This document shows, in pieces, positions 1-11,906 of a DNA stretch of 64,000 nt (positions are counted from its first letter, which is position 1; every line of letters begins with the position of its first letter). The DNA is from Dipteris shenzhenensis (Eukaryota): the NCBI GenBank assembly GCA_047967505.1, contig CM106538.1; one strand, 5' to 3'. The notes beneath the pieces are model-generated. The model was given only the letters and a program-made list of their open reading frames with translations. It ran no database searches and was not told the DNA's origin. A program made the translations under genes and the position numbers.

Positions 1-201
1 CGAGAAAGTGCCCAAAAGATAGGATAAGATATATAAACTAATAGCCTTGTGAGTGATATAGTTCCATGTAAGCAAGTGACCTACTTGTGGGGCCACCAGA
101 CTTACGCCTGTTTAGCTTTTCATACAGGAACCTTATAGCTCCATTTATCAGAACGGCTCTACTTGTGGACCCGAGATGTATATTGGGTAGAATAGATTAG
201 A

Positions 202-517
202 GACATGCGTAATAGGGAGGTGACTCTTGAGATAATGTTGGTTCATGAAAGTGACAATATGATGGTTCGTGGTGATAGCATATCTAGACCTCCACATACG
301 TGATGCATGGTAGGTGACTTGGCTAGCCTGGTGACAGGTGACATGCGTAATAGGGAGGTGACTCTTGAGATAATGTTGGTTCATGAAAGTGACAATGATG
401 GTTCGTGGTGATAGCATATCTAGACTTCCACATACATGATGCATGGTAGGTGACTTGGCCAGCTAGGTGACCCCTAGGTTGATTGATGACAGGTGACCCC
501 TAGGTTGATCGATGACA
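202..517. repeat. Local tandem duplications: ~138-bp unit x2 (202-327, 340-465), then ~26-bp unit x2
   Basis: GACATGCGTAATAGGGAGGTGACTCTTGAGATAATG... occurs at 202 and 340. AGGTGACCCCTAGGTTGAT occurs at 466 and 491. Confidence 0.85.
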
Positions 518-691
518 AGTTAAGTTTTTGGTTGTTGGAGCCCTGTATTGGTAGGAAATTGTATGCTTTTGTAGATGCATTCGAGAATAGGCATAGAGCT
601 TGATTTAGAGAGTTTAGGTAGCTTTTATGGGCGCTTTGGTGAATGTGGTTCAAAAGTCTGGTGTTCACCCTCACCCATCGCATGCAGAAAT

Positions 692-1154
692 TGAAACGAA
701 CTTCCTACTTACTACAACAGATCACGGGAGTAGCACCACAGAATATCCTCCCAGCCAAATCCTTGCTAGAGCGTGAGAGCTCACACAGAGAAAATCAAAA
801 TCTGAAAACATATGTGAAGGTCCCTTCTCATTCTCTTACTAACTCCAACAAGCCCCATCTCCCTAGATGGATCTAGATGCCACATGTCATCATCATAGGG
901 CCTTTCCTAATGCATCTTTTCACCCCTCTCTTGGGATACTTTAATTTCCTTTGCCCCTCGGCACATTGCTTACATTAGGCCCTTAGCCTTAGATCCACCT
1001 AGTCTGGTGCTATCAGCCCTCACCTAGGACCTTGACATTAATTCCTTCTTGATCATTTACATGAATCGCAAACAAATATATTACAAACGTAGATCCTTAA
1101 GGGAAATGTCGACTGATTCTTCCGAGGTCATGCCACCTCAGCTAGAGCATAACA
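692..1154 (-). repeat. 3' LTR of Gypsy element A
   Basis: TGAAACGAAC...GCATAACA; aligns end to end with 14368-14830 with scattered substitutions. Confidence 0.95.
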
Positions 1155-1170
1155 TTCCTTCCCTCTTCAG
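1155..1170 (-). other. Polypurine tract of element A
   Basis: The - strand reads GAAGAGGGAAGGAA immediately before the 3' LTR. Confidence 0.85.
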
Positions 1171-2756
1171 ATATCAGCGTCCTCGATGATAAAGTTTGGG
1201 AACGCTCTCCGCAACTGGTATACGGATTCCCAGGTAGCTTCTGATAGAGACTGACCATGCCATGCAACCAACACTGTGGATATCTTTCGATTTCACACTT
1301 GCATTGTTCCTCGGTCCAGGATTCTTGTTGGTTTGCTTCTTGCATTATTCTCCATCTCTTGAAATAAAATCACACCTTCGATTAGTGAGTCACCTGTATG
1401 CAAAAATTTCTTTAAACGAGAAACATGAAACACTTGGTGCACCTTGTAACCCTATGGCAATTCTAATTTATAGGCTACCTTGCCTATTCTCTTTAGAATT
1501 AACCACGGCCCACAATATCGAGGTGATAACTTAGCACACTCTCCTGCAGTCAAAGACTTAGAGTGCGAAGGAACTCTGAGAAAAACTTTTTCTCCTTCCT
1601 TAAATTCTCTTATAGACCGGTTTTCATCCGCATATGCCTTGGCTTTATCCATAGCTTGGCGGATATTAGCTCTCGCAAGTGCTAGCATCTCCCGCATCCG
1701 AACCACAAAGTTCGCGGCACTAGACACTCTCTGAGGTATTCTAATTGTAGTTGGATTTGTTGGTCTATAACCATAATTCAATTCAAACGGACTAAACTTC
1801 GTAGAGGAATGTTTTCTATCATTGTAGGCAAACTCTAATAATGGCAACCACTTGTCCCACGTATGTTGCCTCAATGACACATATGCTCTAAGCATATCCT
1901 CTAAAATTTGGTTGACCCTCTCCGTCTGACCATCCGTTTTAGGATGATTCCCACTACTCATTCCCAACTTAGTCCTTAGTGTCTCAAATACCGCTGTCCA
2001 AAAATGACCGGTAAATCTGACATCTCTGTCTGATACTATGGATCTAGGCAATCCATGTAGATGAAATATATGTCTAATAAACAAATCCGCCACTTGTGGG
2101 GCACTAACAGACTCTCTAGTCGGAATGAAGTGAGCCATCTTGGTTAGACGATCAACCACCACAAGGATAGAATCATACCCTCCTTATGTCGTAGGCAGAC
2201 CCATAATAAAGTCCATGGAAATGCTCTCCCACTTACCTAGTGGTACTTCCAAGGGTTGCAAAAGTCCGGGTGACTTCACTCGTTTTGCCTTACTTACCTG
2301 ACATGAGAAACACCGTGTCACATATTCATGAATATGATTTTTCATCTTTGGCCAAAAGAAATCTTGCTTCACGAGATCATATGTCTTCTCGACTCCTGGA
2401 TGTCCCGCACATGGGCTATCATGGCAGTGTCGAATGACTCTCTGCCTGAGATCATTCTGATTAGGTACTACAACCTTGCCATTTCTTTTCAGCATACCAT
2501 CCCTTATGGTATATCTTGCATATGTTTGGCCTTTTCTAGATGCTAGGTCATCCTTTTCTTTCCCGGGTCTAAACACATGAGCTTTAGGCCATAAGCTCTG
2601 GACAAACTCGTCCATCTTTTGAGTTTCTCTAATCTTGATCATTAGAGCACTCTCTAATACCGTAAAACTCATATTGTGCATAATGCGAGACAACGCATCA
2701 GCAACCTTATTATCCTTCCCTCTTCGGTACCGAATCGTCAAATTAAACTCCTGCAT
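1170..2756 (-). pseudogene. Gypsy integrase with C-terminal chromodomain (in-frame stops)
   Basis: HHCC region (CHDSPCAGHPG...CFSC), WESISMDFI, VVDRLTKMAHF, IVSDRD, TDGQTERVNQILE, and the GPY/F-like LSPRYCGPW. The manually translated tail PTRILDRGTMQV*NRKISTVLVAWHGQSLSEATWESVYQLRRAFPNF is chromodomain-like. Confidence 0.92.
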
Positions 2757-2785
2757 GAGCTCTGCCCACCTAGCTTAGCGGCCCC

Positions 2786-4039
2786 TCAAGTTAGGCTGTT
2801 TACAAAAATTTTCAGAGTATCATGATCCACATCCACGTAAAACTCTGAACCATACAAATAATGCCTCCATGTTTTCAAAGCATGGATAACAACATACAAC
2901 TCCAATTCATGAGTTGGCCAATTTCGCTGAGAGGGAGAAAGCTTCTTGCTTTCAAAGGCTACTGGCCTTCCCTCTTGAAGAAGAACCGCTCCTACCGCAA
3001 TGCCACTTGCATCGGTTTCTAGGAAAAACGGTTTTTGGGGATCAACTATTTTTAACACCGGTCGTGAAACCACAGCTTGTTTCACGGCGTTAAAACTTTC
3101 TTGTTGATTCTGTCCCCATATAAAAGGTACTTTATCTAAGGTCAGATCAGTCAATGGTGATACTATTTCGGAATATCCTTTGATATGCCTTCTATAAAAT
3201 TGGACAAATCCCAAGAATGATCGCAAAAAAGCAGTCAGACTCTGAGGGATTGGCCAAGTCAGTATCGCAGCCACTTTCTTTGGATCCATTTCTACCCCCT
3301 CTGGAGTAATTATGAATCCTAAATATTCAAGCCTAACCATACACAGTATAGTTTTCTTTTTATTTACATAAAGATTGGCTTTCCTCAAAGTACTGAACAC
3401 TATTCTTAAGTGTTCACGATGCTCAGTAATACTTTTACTGAACACTAGAATATCATCAATAAAATGTACTACAAACTTTCCAATATACGGGCGTAGTAAA
3501 TTGTTCATAAGCATGACGAATGTTGCTGGAGCATTGGTAAGTCCGAAGGGCATTACCAAAAACTCATAATGACCAAACTTGCTTCTGAAAGCGATTTTAT
3601 GCACATCCTCGGCTCTAATCCGGATCTGATGGTAGCCACACTTAAGATCTATCTTTCTGAAAATCACGGCTCCATGTAATGCATCTAGCAAATCATCAAT
3701 CCGAGCCATCGAATACCTGTGCTTAATAGTGATATTATTCAATGCTCTGTAATCTATATAGAGGCGAAACGTATCATCCTTTTTCTTCTTTAATATCACT
3801 GGCGAAGCAAAAGGTAAGAAACTTGGTTGAATCTGCCCCAACTGGAGGTATTCTTCCAGTTGCCTTCGCACCTCCGCTTCTTCGGTAAAACTCATTTGAT
3901 AGGGAGGTCTATTTACAGGTTCTGCCCCCGGGATTAGTTCGATCTTATGTTGAACATTCCGCTCTGGAGGTAACCCATAAGGTAGCTCATCCCTAAAACA
4001 GTCAGAGAACTCTGCTGTAAGATCAGCCGGCTTGGCCAT
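2786..4039 (-). pseudogene. Gypsy reverse transcriptase and RNase H
   Basis: IDYRALN, KIDLKCGYHQIRI, MPFGLTNAPATF, FIDDILVFS, ETDASGIAVGAVL, HELELYVVIHALKTWRHYL. Frameshift near 2780 before the integrase. Confidence 0.95.
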
Positions 4040-4179
4040 TCACCACTTTGCGCAACATCGGTGCTAGAAGAAGCATCAACCGGCTCTACTGATGCTGTAC
4101 AAAGGAATAAAAACTCTTCTTGAGCTTTTTGGATTTCCATCACGGAAACCAACAGTCCCTGACGTACATCTTTCTCACC

Positions 4180-4754
4180 TCATAAGACATAAAGCACATC
4201 ATTCATCTTGAATTGATATACGTGCTTTTTCCAATCAATGGCTGGATTCTTTTTAGAATGCCATGCCTTACCCAGGGCTATATCTGCATGAGCAAGCTTA
4301 GTCATTTCAAAATCAAGCTTCTCAGCATAGTCGTGAATACGAAGCTCCAACTGGGCAACCCTTTGGTCCCATACTTCAGTTGAACTTCCATCTGCCATCC
4401 TGACCGTATACGCATAGTCAGATGGGCTAGTCTTTAACTTCAGCCTCTTCATGAGCTTGGAGTTAATTACATTGTGAGTTGACGCCGAGTCAAACAACAC
4501 AATGACATCATGATTGGCCACTTGCCCTTTCATCTTAATTAACTCCGTATCATTAAAGGTTGTATACCCCGTTGCTGCGGGCTTAGATAAGATGTTATCA
4601 GGTGCACTCGTTACTAGCTTAGCAACAGACACACATAACAAACAAGGTACTGACCTCTGAGAAGATCCCGCTAACTGAATTTGCATCTGTTCTGGGACTT
4701 CCCTCCATTTCCACGTCGCATTCTGAGACTACCATCTCAACCATCCGACGATCC
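4180..4754 (-). pseudogene. Gypsy aspartic protease region, continuous with gag across the Copia insertion
   Basis: VLFDSASTHNVI and DIALGKAW motifs. Removing 4755-11906 rejoins the frame ...WKDCP*NKDRRMVEMVVSE... Confidence 0.85.
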
Positions 4755-5011
4755 TGACAAAATATGAAGAGGGGAGAGGAGAAGAGTGGAGATGAGGAGA
4801 GAGGGCACAGCTAGAGAGCACACCACAAATGACTAACTGTACACTAGATTTAGTTGAAAAAATAGAATATATACAAACCCTTTTAGGGTTAGGGTTAGGG
4901 GAGCTAACCCTTTCCTTTATAGCACTCTATAAGGTTAGTGCTATGCACATATGATCACGTGATGGTGCTATGCACACATGATCACATGATGTTGAGCGTG
5001 AACTCTCAACA
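4755..5011 (-). repeat. 3' LTR of Copia B
   Basis: Identical to 11645-11901 except TTTTAGGGTT versus TTTTAGGATT. Confidence 0.97.
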
Positions 5012-5099
5012 CCTTCCCTCAAGATCAACATCATGAAGTAGGCCTTCCCTCAAGATGATGATTCTGGGGAATCGAAGAAGGACTGAGCATTACATTCCA

Positions 5100-8000
5100 T
5101 CACACCCCTTTAATGGGAATGTCCTTCCTCTGTAGCAAACCAAGAGCTAGTCGGTGTTTCTCGAATAGCTCTTTACCGAGTGGTTTGGTAAAGATGTCTG
5201 CAACATTTGCTTTGCTATCACAATGCTGCAGTGTGATGTCACCAAGTAACACTCTTTCTCTGATGAAGTGCTCTCTGACATCAATGTGCTTTGTTCTGGA
5301 GTGATATACTGGATTTTTGGCCAATGCTTGAGCCGATTGATTATCACAGTATATTGTTGTTGGCTTTGACTCATCAAAGTAATCTGTTTCTGACAATAGT
5401 TTTCTGAGCCATATAGCCTCACATGCACCTGTAGTGAGTGCCCTATATTCTGCTTCAGTCGAAGACAAAGAAACAGTTGGCTGTTTGTTTGACAACCATG
5501 ATATAGCACCTTGACCAAGGAAAAATGCATATCCCTGTGTCGATCTCCTGGTCTCATGATCTCCAGCATAGTCACTGTCACAGTATCCATGCAACCGTGG
5601 ATGACTTCCTCTGTATTCTATCCCAAATTGTCTTGTACCTTTGATGTATCTCAAGACTCTTTTGGCTGCATTCCAGTGAGACTGTTTTGGATTTGCCATA
5701 AACTGTGCTAGTGAGCTTACTGCATAACAAATATCTGGCCGTGTGATTGTCAGATATATAAGAGATCCAATGAGTTGCCTGTAGTATCTGTCATTGACTG
5801 TAGGCTTTTCTGAATCTTTAGTAAGTTTCAAACTCTGTTCCATGGGAGTGGCTGCAATCTTGCAATCTGCCATATGAAACTTCTTCAGGAGACTGTCAAC
5901 ATATTTGAGCTGACTCATGAATGTGCTATCTGAATCTCTCCAGAACTCAATTCCAAGACAATAGTGCATAAGTCCAAGATCTTTCATGTCGAACTCTGCA
6001 GATAAGTCTTGTTTTAGCTTTCTGATGAAGCTATCCTTGCTTCCTGTCACAATCAGATCATCTACGTACAAAAGTGCAATAGTAATATCTTCCCCTTGAA
6101 CTTTGTAGTAGAGAGTATGATGTGCATTGGACTTCATGTATCCCAGATCAGCAAAATATTTGTCAATTCTGCTGTACCAACTTCTCGGTGCTTGCTTTAA
6201 GCCATAGAGACTTTTCTTGAGATGGCAAACCTTGTTCTCTTTTCCTGGTTCAACATAACCGGTTGGTTGTTGCATGTAGACATCCTCGTCTAGATAACCA
6301 TTGAGAAATGCATTCTTGACATCGAGCTGATACACATTCCATTTACTGAGTGTCGCTAGTGATATCAAGAACCGTATGGAATCCATCTTTGCTACTGGAG
6401 CATAAGTCTCATCATAATCTTGGCCATATTGTTGTGCAAATCCTTTTGCAACTAATCTGGCTTTGTATCTCTGAATACTGCCATCTGGATTGTACTTTAC
6501 TTTGTATACCCATTTGTTGGCTATGGCCTTCTTTCCTGGTGGAAGGTCGCATAATTCCCAAGTGTTATTTTTATACAAAGCATCCATTTCTTCATTCATT
6601 GCAGTTTGCCATTCTGGCTTATCTACTGCGTCTTCGAAGTACACTGGCTCTTCGGTAGCCATGATGGTAGTCATAAGAGCATAGTTGGTGGTTTCCACCT
6701 GAATTGCTTTGCATTTCTGAGCATATGTCAATCTGGCTGGTGGTCTGCTTTCCCTAGTAGACCGTCTGAGCTGCTGTGACGCTGATTGGGGTGTTGCTGG
6801 CAATTCTTGCTCTTCTTCATCAACCTGTTCTGTAGATGACTGTGAAGTCGATGCTTCTATCTCCTGTGTAGGTGAGGTTTTCCATTCTGATTCCTCATCG
6901 AAGATTACATCTCTGGAGATAATGACTTTGCGGTTGATGGGATCATACAATTTGTATGCTTTACTTTCTTCACTGTAGCCAACCATGATGCATTTGCGTG
7001 ACTTCGCATCCAATTTCCTGCGATGATCATCATGTATGTGGGCATATGCTATGCAACCAAATATGCGGAGATGCCCAATGCGTGGCTTGTGTCCAGTGAA
7101 TGCTTCATAAGGAGTCATTCCTTGTATCGGTTCGGTAGGAAGCCGATTAAGCAAGTAGTTAGCTGTAGCTATTGCTTCTGCCCAATACTGATTCGGAAGA
7201 TGCTTTTCACTAAGCATTGCTCTAGCACTGTCTGCTAAAGTCCCATTTTTCCTTTCAGCTATTGCATTTTGCTGAGGAGTATCTGCACATGTGAATTGTC
7301 TTCGAATGCCGTGAGTTTTGCAAAAGTTCATGAATGCTGAAGACATGTATTCACCTCCTCTGTCTGATCTCATGACCTTGATCTTTCTGCCTGTTTGGTT
7401 TTCTACCATGGCTTTGAATTCTTGAAATCTGGCAAACACTTCAGATTTCTCTTTCAGAAAGTAGACCCAACAATATCTGCTGTAGTCGTCGATGAAGGTC
7501 AAGTAATAAAGTGAACCATTGATGCTGCGGGTCTGGGCATAACCCCATACATCTGTATGAATTAAATCAAGAATACCTCGTGCACGAGAGGTACTTCGGA
7601 CAAAGTTGGTTCGCTTTTGTTTGTCGAAGCAGCATGCTTCACAAACCTTTCCAAGAAACTGTAGCTTCGGAATCCCAATTGCCATATTCTGATTCCTTAG
7701 ATCTAACAAGTACTTGAAGTTGACATGACCATATCTCTTGTGCCATTTTGCAGATAGTGGCATCTGTTGCATTTGAGCGGACATGGCATGCTTATCTGGT
7801 ACTGTAGCTAGCATCCTGTATAAGCGTCCTTCCTTGACACCTTTTGCTACTAGCTGACCTCTTTTGGATTTGTCTCTGATAGTGCATTCATCACTGTCGA
7901 AGATGACTTTGTAGTTGTGTTCCGTCATTTGACCTACTGACAAAAGGTTCTTGCTGAGCTTCGGAACATAGAGCACATCTTTGACTAATCCTTTTGTACC

Positions 8001-9360
8001 AGTGAAATTGTTCATAGGGATAACACCTGTCCCTTGAACCGGATTCGGTGTATTGTCTGCTGTGTAGATGACATTCTTTTGACCTTCTAATGGCTTCATT
8101 TCTGTGAACCATTCCTGATGATTTGTCATATGAGATGATGCACCGCTGTCGATGTACCAAGGATCCTGTTCCACTTGGTCGACTTGATAACTGAAATCTT
8201 CTTTGGGATTGAAATCAGTGTCTAGGTGCATTGTATCAGTCTGATGCAATTCCTCACTTGCAAGAAACATATTGCCATGTTCATTTGCAAAATGACTGTG
8301 ACTAGAATGTCCACCACGATGATTTCCTCTTCCTCGGGAATTCCCTCGATTACTGCTGGATTGACCGCCTTGGTCATACTGCTTCTTGCGGCAATCTCTT
8401 TCATAGTGTCCAAACTTGTGACAATAGTTGCATTGAATGTTTGACACATTGGTGGATGCATTCCCTCGTCCTTGGAATCTTCCTCTGTTGGAATGATTTC
8501 CTCTTTGCTGATTTTGATGTTGCTGAGGATGCTGCTGATGCTGATGCTGATTCTGACTTTGATTTTGACCACTTTTCTGATATGATCTACCTCTGTTTCT
8601 GCCTTTGCCTCTGCTTCTGTCTGAAGCGGTGAAAAAAAATGCCTGATCATTAGAATGACCTTTACGTGCTTGAATGGCTTGAGTCCTGAGTTCTTCACCA
8701 AGTAGAACTGACTGAAGTTCTTCAAGTGTTGGAATTTGCCGTTGGATGGCAATACTCTGGACCAGATTCTCATATCCTTCTCCTAGTCCATTCAGGATTA
8801 CTTGAACCATTTCTGCGGGATTCATAGTTTCTCCTGCTGCTGCAAGTTGATTGTAGTCTTTGATGCGGAGTACATAAGCATGACCGGTTTCACTGCTGTT
8901 GCGGAAACTCTGGTTGATCTGGTTTCTCAAGGTGAGAATCCTGGATGTGTTCTTGGACTCGTAGAGAGCTGCGAACATATCCCATGCTTCTTTTGATGTC
9001 TTGACTGTGTTGAGCTGTCCTAACATGACATCTTGCACATTCTGCTTGATCAGGTGATAGGCATACTTGTCTTTCTTATCCCATTCTGCTTGAGCTCGGG
9101 CAATGGCAGGATCTGCTACTGATGCGGAAACTGTTTGTGTAGATGTAGATCCCGATGTAGATCCCGTTGCTGGTGCTGTGACATCAGATGGAGTAGAGCT
9201 ACTGGTGGCTGGATCGGCCAATGGTCTAGGTATGGGATCCATCGACATACTCCCATTTGTCCTGAAGCACAAGAATGGTCTCCATTCGATATTTCCATGT
9301 ACCGTAATTGGAGTTGTCTAACTTAGCAGATGCCTCCAGATTGAGGTTGCTAGTCGACAT
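5100..9360 (-). CDS. Copia gag-pol polyprotein (gag/CCHC-PR-INT-RT-RH) with a single frameshift near codon 42
   Basis: The N-terminus MSTSNLNLEASAKLDNSNYGTWKYRM starts at 9360 and shifts frame near 9235 into the 1390-aa ORF. Motifs: CNYCHKFGHYERDC, WYIDSGASSHM, WHKRYGH, LIHTDVWG, RSDRGGEY, YKARLVAKGF, QLDVKNAFL, LLYVDDLI, YCDSDYAG, SSTEAEY, KHIDVREHFIRE. Confidence 0.95.
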
Positions 9361-10254
9361 GGTGCAAACAATGTACTCAAAAAGTGTCCTGGAAAACTCT
9401 GTATGAATCAACTGCAAATACACTGAAGATGCCAAGTGAAATCTCTGTACCGTCGGTGAAGATAGAACTGCAGTAAATAAGATCTGACCTGTGTTACAAG
9501 GCTTGTGGCAATGATGCCGGGAATAGCCAAGAGGCTTTACAAGGCTGAAAAAAAATGTTGTGCACGATGCCGTGAGATAGCCAAATAGGCTTTACAATGG
9601 TGGCATGTGTGTGTGAAATCAAGTGCTATCTGCCCACTGAGTCAATCTGCAATGCCTCTGAACTCTGAAGTCTGCTCACTGAACTGATGAACGTAAGGTT
9701 TCAGGTAATGCAATGATGTGAAATCGGATGTGAGCGTATGGACTGACTCCGAGTAGGTACTAGTCGGGAATTTCGGGCATGGCTTAGATTGGCAACTTGG
9801 GGAATTCAAAGCGTCCCCTCTATGGCGATCTAGTCTACTCTGATCTAGATCTAAACCAACCGTCGATCGATGAAAGAACAGCAAATAATTCCTTTTCCTT
9901 TGTTCTTTTTAAGTGCTGGGTCAGATGCGTCGATGTAGAGGCAAATGTGCGTGAAGGAAGTGGTTTTGTCGGCGAGGCTCAAATGTGAGTGTAACTTGCG
10001 CCGAAATGTGCGCGTGATGTAACGAGCGCGTAGAGCACGAAAAATCGAGCGACTTTCCTTTTTGGAGCACCCTCAAATTCTTCCTGGATCAAGAGATATG
10101 ACTTGATCTAGGTGGAGGGGCAAAAGGAGTGCAAATGGTGCTCAATGATGATGTGTCACTGTGAGTCACATGCAGTGATGATGTGGCACTGTGCTTAGCA
10201 AGAGGTGTGCCAGTGAAGCTCTGTGCTGAGGTGGCAGTGCTGAGGTGTCACTGA

Positions 10255-10379
10255 TGACGTGGCACAGATGACGTGGCACAAGTGACGTGGCCTGATGACG
10301 TGGCAGTGATGACGTGGCATAGATGACGTGGCACAAGTGACGTGGCCTGATGACGTGGCAGATAAGATTGCCACGTGGC
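10255..10379. promoter_or_regulatory. Tandem array of ACGT-core (ABRE/G-box-like) motifs in the Copia B 5' leader
   Basis: Eight TGACGTGGC copies at 13-14-bp spacing, followed by the palindromic GCCACGTGGC at 10370-10379. Regulatory function is inferred, not shown. Confidence 0.6.
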
Positions 10380-11632
10380 TAAATTTTAACCAAAGACCAA
10401 ACCCAAGGTTAACGATTAACCTAACATGGGTCAAATTCTATCTGCCACGTGTCGACTTCTAAGGTCTCTGAACCTTTGTGAAGCAAAAGAAGATGATGAC
10501 GGATTTCGACGACGGACTTGGTGAGGCGTGCTGTCATGGAAGGTTGTCGAGTCGATGAGAGCCGATGTAGAGCTGCACTGCCGTTTGCTGAAGGAGTCAC
10601 TTGTTGATCTGGGTCGACGGCCGCTGGGAGGTAGGAGTCATCCGCTTTGTTGGAGAGGGCGTGGCGTTGCGAGCTTGCTATTGGAGGTCAGCCATGCGCT
10701 GCGTTGAAGCTACTGCAGGGCCGATAGATCTGTGCGAGAGTAGTTGAAGATGGTTTTGCTGGCCGGTCGTTGGAGGATACCGTTGCACACTGGAGAGCTC
10801 TATTGCAGGGTCGCCTTAGTTGTGGAAGAGGCTTAGGAGCTCGCTTGTAGACTTTTGGAGCGTGGCTTATCGCCCGTGATCGTTGCTGCGTTGAAGGAGC
10901 TGCGTTGAAGGAGCTCCTTTCGGATGGAGGCGTCTTTGTTGGAGCATCGACCGTGAGCCCGCCGTTTGGGCTACTGGAAGCTCGTCGATTGAGGAAGCCT
11001 CAGAGGTTTAAAGAGGCTATTGTTGCGTGCAGCTTTGCTCGCGGAGGCTCGCGTTTGTAGGTGGAGCTGCCGATGGTTGTTGCAGCTTGTTTAAGGAGCC
11101 GCTATTGCAGTGGGCTCGCCAGCTTGCAGCCGTTTAATCCAATGGAGCTGGAGAGTCGAGCAAGGAGCTGCGATTGTGGCCTTTGGAGTAGAACCTCTTC
11201 AACACGTCGAAGCCGATAGCAGAGGTGGAAACAGTCACGGGAGCACGTCGAAGAAGAGATTCTCTCAAGAAAACCTTACAGAAACTTAGAGGCTCAGAAA
11301 TGAACCTTTCTCTCTCACAAAACCTTACAAGATCTCTCAAAAGACTAAGATCTAGATCTCTCTTTCTCTCATAAACAAGGAATACTCTCTTTCTCAAGCA
11401 ATGAAATCTTTCAAAGAACTCAAAGAAGGAATAATGGACGGAGCTGTCCTAGAATGAGCAAAGGAGATTAAAGGAAATCTCTCAATCTCTCATGGACGGA
11501 ATTCTCACATGAATAGAAATTTCTCTCAACGGAAGTGAAGGGAAGGATCTCACAATCACTCAAGAGAACTCTCAATCTCACAATCTCTCTCGCACTCTCA
11601 AGAATCTCAATGTCTCAGCGGAAGACAAGGGA

Positions 11633-11644
11633 GCTCTGATACCA
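11633..11644 (-). other. Primer-binding site (tRNA-iMet) of Copia B
   Basis: The - strand reads TGGTATCAGAGC directly after the 5' LTR. Confidence 0.95.
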
Positions 11645-11901
11645 TGACAAAATATGAAGAGGGGAGAGGAGAAGAGTGGAGATGAGGAGAGAGGGCACAG
11701 CTAGAGAGCACACCACAAATGACTAACTGTACACTAGATTTAGTTGAAAAAATAGAATATATACAAACCCTTTTAGGATTAGGGTTAGGGGAGCTAACCC
11801 TTTCCTTTATAGCACTCTATAAGGTTAGTGCTATGCACATATGATCACGTGATGGTGCTATGCACACATGATCACATGATGTTGAGCGTGAACTCTCAAC
11901 A
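11645..11901 (-). repeat. 5' LTR of Copia B
   Basis: Direct repeat of 4755-5011, flanked by the PBS and the TSD. Confidence 0.97.
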
Positions 11902-11906
11902 GATCC

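Larger units (their letters stand above)
4755..11901 (-). mobile_element. Young full-length Ty1/Copia LTR retrotransposon (element B) nested in element A
   Basis: 257-bp LTRs at 4755-5011 and 11645-11901 (TG...CA, one mismatch seen). TSD GATCC at 4750-4754 and 11902-11906. iMet PBS at 11633-11644. PPT at 5012-5025. Confidence 0.98.

Noticed and set aside
5113-9326. Small antisense and alternative-frame ORFs overlapping Copia gag-pol
   Set aside because: Expected shadow ORFs of a long coding sequence; no independent evidence.
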